IMG/VR virus record: IMGVR_UViG_3300023301_001182
Location: 28,164 to 92,163 of that record
Direction: 5' to 3' (one strand)
Source of the DNA: a virus
Length of the DNA stretch: 64,000 bases
Below the pieces are notes generated by a model. It was not told the origin of the DNA, did not search any database, and was given only the letters and a program-made list of their open reading frames with translations. Of the stretch, positions 33,001 through 41,877 are shown piece by piece; position 1 is the first letter of the stretch; every line of letters starts with the position of its first letter. Both the position numbers and the translations under genes were made by a program.

Positions 33001-34775
33001 TACACAAGATATTAATATAAAATATTTTGCTAAATTTTCAACATATAATTTGGATGTTACATTTATTGAAAATGTTACTTTCTGAGCTGCATGTAATACT
33101 TTAGCCACTCTTTCTATAGCTTTAGGTGTACACAGTGATGCAAAACTTGATACTTGATCTAAGTAACAATGTTTACAATTACCAATTGCGTCTTGGTAAA
33201 AAATTGTACTATAATCTGAAAGATACACTTTATATACATCTGTGTCACACATATTTGGAATACAGTCTTCTAGTCTTATATTTATCATTTTTTCTTAATT
33301 AACCCCCATTTCTGGGATTCTGAGTTCAATTACATATTACTATGCAAAGGGGCAAAATCTACCTACTTTCGTTTATATTCCACATAAGACGTAACTCTTA
33401 TATGCGTTTATGATAAATAGTATATATGGTAGGTCTATCCTCAATAACTTTTAAGATATTGGTTATTTTCCACGAGTACTGTACCTGCTTATACTTCTTA
33501 ATACTATTTACTTTAACTGCTATATATTTCTATATAGACTGGACTATATCTTCATCTACTTGAGATGGCTTCCATTTCCAATACCATTAACTTGTATTGT
33601 ACGTGCTCTATTGCACTAGTCTCTGAACGTTACTATTTCTAGTCTTCGCTGCTGATTGTCTTATATAAAAAAGACACTATATTAGTGTCTTAATTATACT
33701 TAGAGTTTCCAGCAATTAAAAAGCTAATCATCTAGATGTCACCATCTAGCGTAGCAATTAAATTGTTATTAATAAATATTGTTTTTTAAATTTTTGTTGT
33801 ACTTTTATTGCATAACTTATACTAGGTCTGTGTGTTTTAAAATATTCAGCACATTCTTTTAAAGAATTAAATTCCATAATTAATTCTCTTGTACTATAAT
33901 CTAATACTTGGACTTTCTTATATAAATATTCCATATTTTTAGTATCTTTTTTATAAGGAGATAATATTTCTTTATAATCATATGACCATAAATAATTACC
34001 TGCTTTTTTATAAGTACCATTAATATATCTACATATAGATGATTTAGAAATATCACACTCAGATGAAGCTTCATTAAGGCTATTATATTTACATATATAT
34101 TCTCCATTTAAAGAGTACTTATATATAACTTTAGTAGCTAATATTATTTCACCTATTTTAATTTTGTATTTCCTTGTATTAGATTGTTTAAGTCTAGACT
34201 CTTTAGGAAGGATATTTCTATCTACTTCTAAAGTAATATTATATAAAGGTTTTAATATATCTATATAAAATTGTTCTCTACTTATTAACTTATTTTCTTC
34301 ACATTTTTCTAATATATAAAAATTAAAGTCATTCTCTGTATTATTATTCCAAGAATTTTGTAATAATATATTACAATGCTTTAATTTTTTTAATGTATAA
34401 AAATGATTATATAACCTAGTTCTAATGTTTTTAGAACTACCTATATATTGTTTACCATTTTTAATATTTATTATGCAGTAAATACCACTGCAGTTATAAT
34501 CTTTTGTTATTTTCTTCATAATTTATATATTTATACAAATATACGAAATTAAATTCAATAATCCTAATTTATAACTGCTAATTTTATAACTTTATTTATT
34601 ATAACTAATTACTATTCGCTGTAATTAAATAATATTTACCTTGCTCAATGCCAGGTAATTCATTTTCAAACCGAGGTAACCCCCATGGTATACAATTAAT
34701 TTGCCCATTAAGTAACCTCTGTCTCTTTTCTATGATATTGTCATAGACTCTTGTATATAAACTTGTTTCTTTCAT
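30065..34775 (-). CDS. dnaB: DnaB-like replicative helicase in three exons (34775..34611, 33369..33361, 31000..30065; about 369 aa spliced)
   Basis: Exon 1 ...IPWGLPRFENELPGIEQGKYYLITANS, micro-exon AAA GTA GGT (KVG), exon 3 KTQIADW...FTLEMS...FIDHV...VIQQQ...QRDANVIIGL. Joining restores Walker A ANSKVGKT in frame. Confidence 0.9.
31015..31482 (-). CDS. Intron cargo ORF 5: basic hypothetical protein, paralog of 31523..31927
   Basis: RSMGDL...FCNDINKQVY; bracketed by an AUUUCUAA/UUAGAAAU stem. Confidence 0.7.
   Translation of the reverse strand: MKQKFNKIEIKLRGRGILYLSKAGITKHKIYSKVFKNFVRLLLSRYIYSNKTYHLKSNRKQCGKDCNRSMGDLYRICLNYYPKATYEEFFNTVMSLDNLVGMFCNDINKQVYRVRDSTTNYTGSYWRLYAPRRGVDEFGIELKKFFENKKYFSNR
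31523..31927 (-). CDS. Intron cargo ORF 4: basic hypothetical protein
   Basis: RSFDDL...VCGGINKVIF; bracketed by a CUAUAA/UUAUAG stem directly after the S element. Confidence 0.7.
   Translation of the reverse strand: MNLKELKKDLLNKVNHKRYFRSTLFKKDKGIYDRRSFDDLFKYYKQKGATEKMVLQALYETKFRARVCGGINKVIFYSFYEKCQKPSISIWASKIIPGHVNSVTFNYGRSTKDTKYDAAYIDKLFDSLKIDIKL
31972..32424 (-). CDS. Intron cargo ORF 3, overlapping the Q, R and P8 core elements; Cys-rich C-terminus
   Basis: 150-aa open frame coupled to the upstream ORF by TAATG; CTDC...CCTEC...CKC. Confidence 0.55.
   Translation of the reverse strand: MEKTESNPMLSLEKEVKRLTKFLGSPKWWDDYKLGVSVGVRLALQNGVETEKKEGNPVSQLNKRNIENIMKGLAYYKAGYSCDDRFQSTIDNTISKIQKDVETNNGQPILCTDCDNIATIITEGIQCCTECYNDALKGHHDYDCKCVIHR
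32424..32735 (-). CDS. Intron cargo ORF 2: hypothetical protein in the P5 loop
   Basis: 103 aa; starts just after the P5 5' strand; LKTLGFEY...LQMYIK segment is only weakly GNAT-like. Confidence 0.65.
   Translation of the reverse strand: MEKTTTACCALCQLNNVGDDTTLDEFKAKLKRLTMEMLINKEVDYTYGRGQTAVFVIVSPNEHLLRSNLKTLGFEYKHTFARRVGYPNGDLQMYIKNLTRDDL
32767..33288 (-). CDS. Intron cargo ORF 1: hypothetical protein in a stem between P3 and P4
   Basis: 173 aa; bracketed by GGUUAAUUA (33304-33296) and UAAUUAGCU (32777-32769). Confidence 0.7.
   Translation of the reverse strand: MINIRLEDCIPNMCDTDVYKVYLSDYSTIFYQDAIGNCKHCYLDQVSSFASLCTPKAIERVAKVLHAAQKVTFSINVTSKLYVENLAKYFILISCVAIPTGYGYGFQYFATYFTKYQIRNRDGYVARFKQDGIAKEIILKRKKKGILTIEQLIKLGEFTSKSWLKKYLLKIIS
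33361..33369 (-). other. 9-nt micro-exon of dnaB encoding K-V-G of Walker A
   Basis: AAAGTAGGT, preceded by the terminal G of intron 1 (33370) and ending in the U of the intron 2 5' splice site. Confidence 0.87.
33758..34519 (-). CDS. Intron-encoded GIY-YIG homing endonuclease with NUMOD1-like C-terminal repeats
   Basis: SGIYCIINIKNGKQYIGSS, REQFYID, YN; two SL(N/K)E(A/C)(S/A)E helix-turn-helix-type repeats. Confidence 0.92.
   Translation of the reverse strand: MKKITKDYNCSGIYCIINIKNGKQYIGSSKNIRTRLYNHFYTLKKLKHCNILLQNSWNNNTENDFNFYILEKCEENKLISREQFYIDILKPLYNITLEVDRNILPKESRLKQSNTRKYKIKIGEIILATKVIYKYSLNGEYICKYNSLNEASSECDISKSSICRYINGTYKKAGNYLWSYDYKEILSPYKKDTKNMEYLYKKVQVLDYSTRELIMEFNSLKECAEYFKTHRPSISYAIKVQQKFKKQYLLITI
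34536..34567 (-). promoter_or_regulatory. Bacteroidota-type promoter inside dnaB intron 1
   Basis: TTAGGA then TATATTTG, 24 nt start-to-start, upstream of the GIY-YIG ATG. Confidence 0.65.
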
Positions 34776-34777
34776 AT

Positions 34778-35386
34778 TTAATTTAATTTTGAAGTCCATT
34801 CATCTCTACTAGGTAATCCTATCTCCTCTATATAAGCAGATAATCTGGATGACTCTTCACGATTGTTCTCTTGTTTAAATATAAAATAATCAGCACGTTG
34901 TAAGAATCTATAATCTCCATGTAAGCTGTCAATATAAATATCAACTGCTTTTAGGATATCATCGAATGTATATTTAGAGTTTTCTTTCATCCATCTTGTA
35001 AGTTTAATTTCACATGACTTTGGACTACCCATAGAACCAGCTTTTAACCCTTTCCATTTGTCTCTAAATAATTCAATTCTACCATCAATCTCTTGATTAA
35101 TAGTTCTTTGTGATCTTTTAGTAGTCTTCTTAGAAGGCTCTAAAGCATCAGGTATTTCTACTGTTAAAAACTCTAATAGTTCTACAGATTTCTCCCTTAA
35201 TATATATTTTGTCTTTTCTTCATCTGTTATAATTTTTATTAGTTTTTCTCTTTGTAATTTTTGTAAGTCTATATTAGCTATATTAACTTCTTTCTCTTCA
35301 AATAAGTTATATAGAAATAAGAGATCTTCTACAGAAATATTGAAATCATTTAGTACAGTAAAATTTAGTACTAAGTTTTTTCTCAT
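34778..35386 (-). CDS. Hypothetical protein, possible replication initiator or helicase loader
   Basis: Directly upstream of dnaB exon 1. The function is inferred from position only. Confidence 0.45.
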   Translation of the reverse strand: MRKNLVLNFTVLNDFNISVEDLLFLYNLFEEKEVNIANIDLQKLQREKLIKIITDEEKTKYILREKSVELLEFLTVEIPDALEPSKKTTKRSQRTINQEIDGRIELFRDKWKGLKAGSMGSPKSCEIKLTRWMKENSKYTFDDILKAVDIYIDSLHGDYRFLQRADYFIFKQENNREESSRLSAYIEEIGLPSRDEWTSKLN

Positions 35387-35543
35387 TCAATATATTTAAA
35401 ATTCATTTAATTTTTCGTCTATTAATGATTCAGATAATTCTTTATCGATCATACCATCACCTTTACAAAATCTGCATAGTTTAAGATACTTTCCTTTAAT
35501 TACTTCTTCACCAACCCCTAGACAATTGGGGCATTCTACTAGT

Positions 35544-35972
35544 TTACTCATTATTTAATATTTCTAAAGATTCATATAAAGCACTCTCTAATGCAGATTC
35601 ATAATTAAGAAACTTTCTCATAGGATTATCAGTAATATCAAATGAAATTAAAGGTACATATGTACCATCTAATTCAACATCTGTACCTATATAATGTATT
35701 TCATAATCCCATTCAATACCTTCTTCATCATCAATAAAATCATCTATTTTGATATGAATATTATGAACTTTTCTTAACCATCTTTGTAATAATGATTGAC
35801 TATGTCTTAATAACCATGTATCTGGGCTTAATAATAACGTATCTCTTTGAACATTAAACATCTCAGATCTATCTTCTAAATCAAAAATGTGATTAAAGAC
35901 ATCAAGTTCTATATTAAGTCCCTTTTTCTTAGCTAATTTAGCTGTGTCAAATGTTATTAATTGTTCTTTCAT
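35544..35972 (-). CDS. Hypothetical phage protein
   Basis: ITFDTAKLAKKKG, QSLLQRWLRKVHNIHI and YESALE segments. Confidence 0.65.
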   Translation of the reverse strand: MKEQLITFDTAKLAKKKGLNIELDVFNHIFDLEDRSEMFNVQRDTLLLSPDTWLLRHSQSLLQRWLRKVHNIHIKIDDFIDDEEGIEWDYEIHYIGTDVELDGTYVPLISFDITDNPMRKFLNYESALESALYESLEILNNE

Positions 35973-35974
35973 AA

Positions 35975-36274
35975 TTATAAATAGATTAAAAATACCATAG
36001 TAATATTTGGATAAAACCTCTTTAATTCATTAGTTAAATGTTGATTAAATATTGGTTTCTCTTCTTCTGTTTTTAAACCCTCTATTTCATAAAAATGATT
36101 TAAAGAATTAAACTTTCCATAAAGTTCTATACTTCCTTCATTAGTATATACTCCAACTGTTCCATCGTTCATTTTAATAGTAATTTCTGTATTTGGATAT
36201 AAATCTAATAATGTAGGTGGTTTTTCTGGTACTATAACTAATGTACTTAATTTATTTACACTTGGTATTAACAT
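35975..36274 (-). CDS. Hypothetical protein
   Basis: 99-aa ORF in the operon. Confidence 0.55.
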   Translation of the reverse strand: MLIPSVNKLSTLVIVPEKPPTLLDLYPNTEITIKMNDGTVGVYTNEGSIELYGKFNSLNHFYEIEGLKTEEEKPIFNQHLTNELKRFYPNITMVFLIYL

Positions 36275-36281
36275 AATTTAA

Positions 36282-38255
36282 TTAATTTAATGAATTAATA
36301 ATTTTATTACAATCATCTATATAATATTGATAATTTATATCATATTCTTCTTTAATGAAGTTATTAAATAGTTTACATTTCCATCCTGATTCTATATTAG
36401 TTTCTCTGTCACTAGGGTCTACTAATGTTTCATCATCTATAATGTCAAAGATATTACCTTGTGTAGCATCTACAGTCATACGATGTTTATCAGTTTGTGT
36501 AAGATAATTTTTTTCTAATGGTTCTAATATTTTTATTAGTTCTACTCCTGAATCAGATATATAATATCTATTCATTTTATTTAGAGTTTCTTCTATAATA
36601 TTACTACCTATTATCTTTCTACTTGTTAATCTATTAGTACCTTTCATTTTAGAACCAATACAAAAATCATATACACCATATGTTTTACCAAATGTATAAT
36701 CAACTTTATCTAATAGATGAGAATGTATTGTATCTTCTACTGATATATTGTTTATAAAGTAATTAGCTAATGCTAATGGTACAATACGTTTACTATGATT
36801 TTTATGATAATCTCTATCTATTTCAAAGCATCCTTTAAACTTAATATAATCACCTTTAATAATATTAATATAATTATTAACATCTTTAGCAATAATTTTT
36901 TCACATACTTGAACTTCTAATGGTATATTTACAATGGATTCCGTAAGCTTACAAGCTTCTTCTAAATCTTTCAATTTATTTCTTGGAATTCTATACATTG
37001 CTCCATCAGTATTTTCAAATATAATTTGAGCATCTGGTATAACATCAAATACTTTTTCAGTAAGTAATGTTAATATTAACTGACCATTAATACAGATTGC
37101 TAATTGCCATTTAGGGTCATATAAGAAAGCATTTTTATCTTTACTTAAACCATAACTTCCATTAAGAATAATTTTTAATACATAATTTCTAGGGTCACTT
37201 TTAGGAAACTCTTTTCTTTTATCATAAAAACCTTCATATAATTCATTAAATACTTTAGCTGGAATATGTTCAGGATGTAAACCATTTCTAAAAGACAAAT
37301 GTGGATAATAGGATGCAAAATCTACATCTACTAATATATAATCATCATCTGATTCATAAATACCTGGTTTACCAAAGGAATGTAATCCTCCCTCAGCATA
37401 TTCTCTCACTACATTTTTATATTTAGTTGAAAAACTAATAGTATGTAGTTTTGCTTTTTCAATAGACATTTCAGAAGTATCAATCCAATTATATGATTTA
37501 AATCTTCTTAATGTGTCTTTATTTACTGAATCATTAAATTCAATATAATCAAATAATATATCTGTAACAGGAAAAGTATCACGATATGTTCTTAAAGCTT
37601 TAATATCTTTAACAGACATACCCATTTCTTTAGCAAGATATTTACTAAAGATTTCTTTACTCATCTTTATTTCAGAAGCATTAATTAAATTAAGCTGTTC
37701 AAAATCTGAATAGAACTGTCTTATTTCAATATGTTTCTTACTTTTGTTAAAGAACTCTTGTGTAGCTATAATATCGTTTCTACAATATAATATAGTTAAG
37801 TCTTTTTCTTCATCATTTAAAATACTACCAACTTTATAAGGTAAATCTGCTACATTTGGCATTCTCATAGCAAACTCTAACCATTTTAAACTAGTAGACT
37901 TATTCTTATTATCATAATGCCATATCTTAAATAAGTCTAATTGAGGTATTTTAGTTTGGTTATCCCATATACTTGAATACTTATTATTAATAACTATTTT
38001 AACTACTTCATATATTTGTTCAGAAGACCAGTCATCATTATTTTTTAATACAGTATGGTGTAATATAGGATAATCGAAATTTATATTATTAAAACCAACT
38101 AACATTAAGTTAGGTTGCTTTAAGAACAATCTCAATTGTTTTAAATCATTCTTTCTATCACTAATTTCAAACTCATAATATTCATCTGAATTTATAGGTT
38201 TAAATGTAGCTAAGAAAAAATTAGGGTATGTTTCTAAATCATAGATACATATCAT
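36282..38255 (-). CDS. polB: Family B DNA polymerase with 3'-5' exonuclease domain
   Basis: YDLETY (ExoI), GFNNINFD (ExoII), YCRND (ExoIII), DFASYYP, KIILNGSYG, NTDG. Confidence 0.92.
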   Translation of the reverse strand: MICIYDLETYPNFFLATFKPINSDEYYEFEISDRKNDLKQLRLFLKQPNLMLVGFNNINFDYPILHHTVLKNNDDWSSEQIYEVVKIVINNKYSSIWDNQTKIPQLDLFKIWHYDNKNKSTSLKWLEFAMRMPNVADLPYKVGSILNDEEKDLTILYCRNDIIATQEFFNKSKKHIEIRQFYSDFEQLNLINASEIKMSKEIFSKYLAKEMGMSVKDIKALRTYRDTFPVTDILFDYIEFNDSVNKDTLRRFKSYNWIDTSEMSIEKAKLHTISFSTKYKNVVREYAEGGLHSFGKPGIYESDDDYILVDVDFASYYPHLSFRNGLHPEHIPAKVFNELYEGFYDKRKEFPKSDPRNYVLKIILNGSYGLSKDKNAFLYDPKWQLAICINGQLILTLLTEKVFDVIPDAQIIFENTDGAMYRIPRNKLKDLEEACKLTESIVNIPLEVQVCEKIIAKDVNNYINIIKGDYIKFKGCFEIDRDYHKNHSKRIVPLALANYFINNISVEDTIHSHLLDKVDYTFGKTYGVYDFCIGSKMKGTNRLTSRKIIGSNIIEETLNKMNRYYISDSGVELIKILEPLEKNYLTQTDKHRMTVDATQGNIFDIIDDETLVDPSDRETNIESGWKCKLFNNFIKEEYDINYQYYIDDCNKIINSLN

Positions 38256-38340
38256 TGTGTCTGTTTTTCATCATCATCATTTTCATTAATTTAATAAGTT
38301 TGCCTAACTTATCATTACCTCTAAGGACTAGAGTCTACCG

Positions 38341-39795
38341 TTAAAATATATCATAAGTTTTTACCTCTTTTTTTAAAATAAGTAAAATAGTGCCTGCATT
38401 TAAACAGCTTAATAAAAACCCTAATGTAAAAATAGTGTACACCCCATTAATTGGCATACATTTAACTTTATATGTAATACCAGAAGAATAGACCTTATCT
38501 ACAGTTTCTATATGATTACTTCTTTCACTTTTAAATTTAAAACCTGGTATAATATCGTTCTTAGTATATTTCATAAGTTCCTGATTTTAGTAATTTAAGA
38601 CGTGTTACACCGTCCGTTAATATCCCAGACTTATTATTAATTTTAAAACACCAACTTTTACTATATCCTAATCTATTTGATATACTGTATCCAGTTCTTT
38701 GATCTTGACATATAAAATATAGTCCACCTTGTTTATTTAGTTTACCATCTTTTATAATCGTAATATCAATCTTACAGGTAATAGCTTTACCTATCATCCT
38801 GTCTAATATTTCTTCAGTATATATCATAATCTTCGCCTATTTTTATAAGTTTAACTTCTTTAACAAATAAAGTAAATTTATTTTTAATATCATCATCACC
38901 TTTTTTCAATACTTGTATTGTAAGACCTCCAGACATTGTATCTATATTAGTCTCTTGATTTATTAAATAAACTACTTTATTTAGTAGATTATATTCGTGA
39001 ATATATTTAGCTTTACTAATAACTCTAAAATATTTCATATGTTTTCTTTTTAGGTAAAGATACTATCTTATAAGTGTTATTATCTATACAACGTATTAAA
39101 CTTGTTATACTAATTGGAAAAGGTTTATAAGTACTAGATCCTGTTTGAACAATTATAAAATCTATTTTATTTTTACTAACTATTTTATAGTTAGGTGTAT
39201 GATTATTAGCAGTAACAGTAAATACTGCACCAATATAATCTTTAGGTTCTTTAAAATATTTCATAGTTCTTTCTTTTTGAATTAACTTCTGGTGGTTTTG
39301 GAAAGTTGTAATAATCGTTATCAAATTGTCTTTTTAAACCTCGATAATCTGTATTATTGACTGTAGATCCATCACTATCTTTAATAATATACATATTATT
39401 ATTTAAAGAAAAGATAACTCTATAACAACCACTACGTTGAAAAACTTGTCCTACTTTAAAATTATATTTTTTATCTTCCATAATTAAAATGTTTCATAAT
39501 TTGTATTATTAAAATAATCTTTAAATTTAATACATTTATATGTTTTAGGTCGTGATTCATAATAATTTGCTGCTGAATATGTATTAAACCTTTGTTGAAT
39601 TAGATGGCACATACCTTTAAATGTAAAACCTTGTCTTTTATATTTTCCTTCCCAAGGCATCCTACCTGATAAATCATTTACCTCATAAGGAAATTTAAAG
39701 GAAAATAATTTTATAGCTTCTTCTTTACTTTCACAAATAATTGCTATTTCTAAATTATCTTCGAGCTTTTTTAAAGCTAATAATTTATCTTTCAT
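38341..39795 (-). other. Six tandem small ORFs sharing a C-terminal Y-[ED]-[IT]-[FY] motif
   Basis: ORFs 39484-39795, 39251-39481, 39025-39264, 38814-39038, 38561-38827 and 38341-38574 end NYETF, NYEIF, TYEIF, DYDIY, TYEIY and TYDIF. Confidence 0.85.
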
Positions 39796-39861
39796 ATGTA
39801 ATAATTTTAAAACAAATAGGGATATTTCTACCCCTATTTCTTAATTATAATAATATATTTT

Positions 39862-40341
39862 TTAATCTGCAGCTAATAATTCAGCAATCTTTTTCAAATC
39901 TGTTGCTAATTTAGCTTCAGCTGATAGATTTGCTTCTAATAGAGCTTTGGTTTGTTGTAATTTAACTAGTTCAGCTTTGTTTGCAACAATTGCTATTCTA
40001 GTTTTAATATCTTCATTCCATTGTCCTGCAGTACAACCATCTAATTTAAATGGATATTTTTTAATATCAATACCTAATGCTTCAGCTGATGCTTTATAAG
40101 CATTTGCTTTACCATTAACACTTGAATGTGCTGCAATTAGAGTTGATACTGATTCAATTTTATCAATTTCATCAAATCCACTTAATACTTTACCTTTAGT
40201 AGAATTTTCAACTGGACCATTGCCACTTAATTGTTTAATCTTTTCTACTACTAATTTTAACATTCCTGGAATGTCTTTTTGAGTGTAAGATGCTAAATCT
40301 TTTGCTGTTTCTGTACTAACTCCTGTTTCTTTTTTTTTCAT
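39862..40341 (-). CDS. Hypothetical helical protein
   Basis: 159-aa Ala/Lys-rich ORF followed by a terminator-like hairpin at about 39814-39839. Confidence 0.7.
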   Translation of the reverse strand: MKKKETGVSTETAKDLASYTQKDIPGMLKLVVEKIKQLSGNGPVENSTKGKVLSGFDEIDKIESVSTLIAAHSSVNGKANAYKASAEALGIDIKKYPFKLDGCTAGQWNEDIKTRIAIVANKAELVKLQQTKALLEANLSAEAKLATDLKKIAELLAAD

Positions 40342-40360
40342 GATTGTTACTTAATTTAAT

Positions 40361-40801
40361 TTAATTATTATGGTTAATTGTGAAATTTGCATATTTTTTA
40401 ATCAAATTTTGATTATCATATATGTCTCTTAATTTTCTATAATCTAATTTACAAATTATCATGCACATGGCACTTCCATTTGTATTAGTGTAATACATAG
40501 ATTGAAATGAAATCTTAAAAGGTTTAAGAACTTTACGTATATGTTTACTATGTTCAATTTTAATATCCATAGTAAACATATATTTACCATAGTAATGTAT
40601 TACTTTATATAAAGTATAAGCTAATTGTTCTTCAGTCATACCTATCATAAACTGAGCATTACCAATTGAATACATTTGACAGTTATGGAATGGACTTCTA
40701 TGAATATCAAAACCTTTTGTATATCCAAGTCCTTTTACTCTGTACTGAACATAAAAGCTAGTATTACTAAGTCTAGGGGACATTGTTAAGTCATACATCA
40801 T
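40361..40801 (-). CDS. Hypothetical protein, paralog of 7094..7723
   Basis: SPFHNCQMYSIGNAQ and YTNTNGSAMCM. Confidence 0.7.
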   Translation of the reverse strand: MMYDLTMSPRLSNTSFYVQYRVKGLGYTKGFDIHRSPFHNCQMYSIGNAQFMIGMTEEQLAYTLYKVIHYYGKYMFTMDIKIEHSKHIRKVLKPFKISFQSMYYTNTNGSAMCMIICKLDYRKLRDIYDNQNLIKKYANFTINHNN

Positions 40802-41029
40802 TATATACTGAAGTATTTAGCACCCAAATCATGTTGAATACATTTTAAATCCTCAATAACAATATGGGCTTTCTTACCTTTAAGAAATATATCTGTTAAC
40901 TGCTGAACAATTGTTGTTTTATCATGAAACATAAATGTTACTTGATGTGATTGTGCTTTGTTTTTAAGTAGACGCTCTACTTTATCTTGCAAACTTACTC
41001 TTATTCGGTTGGCAGGATGGAATTGTGGT

Positions 41030-41737
41030 TTATTCACTTTTTATTTTTCTTATTATTAATCTCATTAAAGCATCAATAGGTATAGAACTATATCCTAATC
41101 CTTTAATATCATTAATAGACAAACAAGGTTTATTCATTAATATATATTCTTCAGCACTTTTTTTACTTGAAAATGAAAGAGATGGTTTATTTTTTTCGTA
41201 ATATTCAGAAGCTATTTGCCTACAAGAAACTTTATTATTTATATCATTAAATGGAGAAGATATTATATAAAACTCATCATTTTTAATTATATCAACACAG
41301 TCTTCTGTTGTGAATAATGGTTTTTTAGATTTAAGTAAATTAGATAAATCTATAGTCCCAAGAATTTCAAATGGTGAAATTTTTATACGATTATCTATAG
41401 GGTCAATAAATATATTGTGAATGGTGTATTTACCAATAGCACAGTATAATTCATCTTTAACAGTAAATACTTCATTATCTGACAATCTCTTAACTTGCCA
41501 AATAACTTTTTGTAAATTATTAGAAAATCTTATTTCTAATATTTCATAATCTTTCTCTACAACTTCTTCCCAAAATTCTGGATAAGTCATAGGATATTTA
41601 ATTCTAAATGAACTGTCACCTTTAGGCATATAAGTAATAGAGTTACCTACAGAAGAAGTAAATACAGTTGATTCTATAATTACTGTACCTAACTCAGGAC
41701 TACCTGGATAGGTTTTAATGAGTTTAAATTTTTTCAT
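41030..41737 (-). CDS. Hypothetical phage protein
   Basis: FKLIKTYPGSP, PEFWEEV, VKRLSDNEVF, LFTTED and NKPCLSINDI segments. Confidence 0.65.
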   Translation of the reverse strand: MKKFKLIKTYPGSPELGTVIIESTVFTSSVGNSITYMPKGDSSFRIKYPMTYPEFWEEVVEKDYEILEIRFSNNLQKVIWQVKRLSDNEVFTVKDELYCAIGKYTIHNIFIDPIDNRIKISPFEILGTIDLSNLLKSKKPLFTTEDCVDIIKNDEFYIISSPFNDINNKVSCRQIASEYYEKNKPSLSFSSKKSAEEYILMNKPCLSINDIKGLGYSSIPIDALMRLIIRKIKSE

Positions 41738-41780
41738 TTAAATATATTTTTAAGTTGTTTATACTATTTTATATAATAAT

Positions 41781-41877
41781 ATAAAATCTTCTTATTGGGC
41801 TCGAACCAATAACTCCAAACCTGTTTTAAAAGGGTATTCTAACCAATTTTGCTATTATAGGATAAAGAAGATTTTAT
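41781..41877 (-). ncRNA. tRNA-like element (long acceptor-type stem plus canonical T arm, no clean anticodon arm)
   Basis: AUAAAAUCUUCUU/AAGAAGAUUUUAU stem; T arm AUUGG-UUCGAGC-CCAAU. Confidence 0.55.

Larger units (their letters stand above)
31001..33360 (-). mobile_element. Group I intron 2 of dnaB (2360 nt) carrying five ORFs
   Basis: Follows exon U and ends in G (31001). IGS AGAUUUUGCC; P2 UUGCAUA-GUAA-UAUGUAA; P CGGGGAAACCCU (32766-32755); Q GGCAAUCCCGUG (32262-32251); R GACGUAGAGACUA (32127-32115); P8 CAACCUAU/AUAGGUUG; S GAUGAGAUAGUCC (31968-31956). Confidence 0.87.
33370..34610 (-). mobile_element. Group I intron 1 of dnaB (1241 nt) with a GIY-YIG ORF in the P1 loop
   Basis: P1 UAGU|AAUUA...UAAUUGCUA with a U-G pair; P2 CUAGAUG-GUGA-CAUCUAG; P AAUUGCUGGAAA (33717-33706); Q AAUCAGCAGCG; R CGUUCAGAGACUA (33629-33617); S GAAGAUAUAGUCC (33553-33541); terminal G at 33370. 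Confidence 0.92.

Noticed and set aside
41781-41877. Functional tRNA, possibly a UUA suppressor
   Set aside because: D and anticodon stems do not pair properly; kept only as a tRNA-like element.
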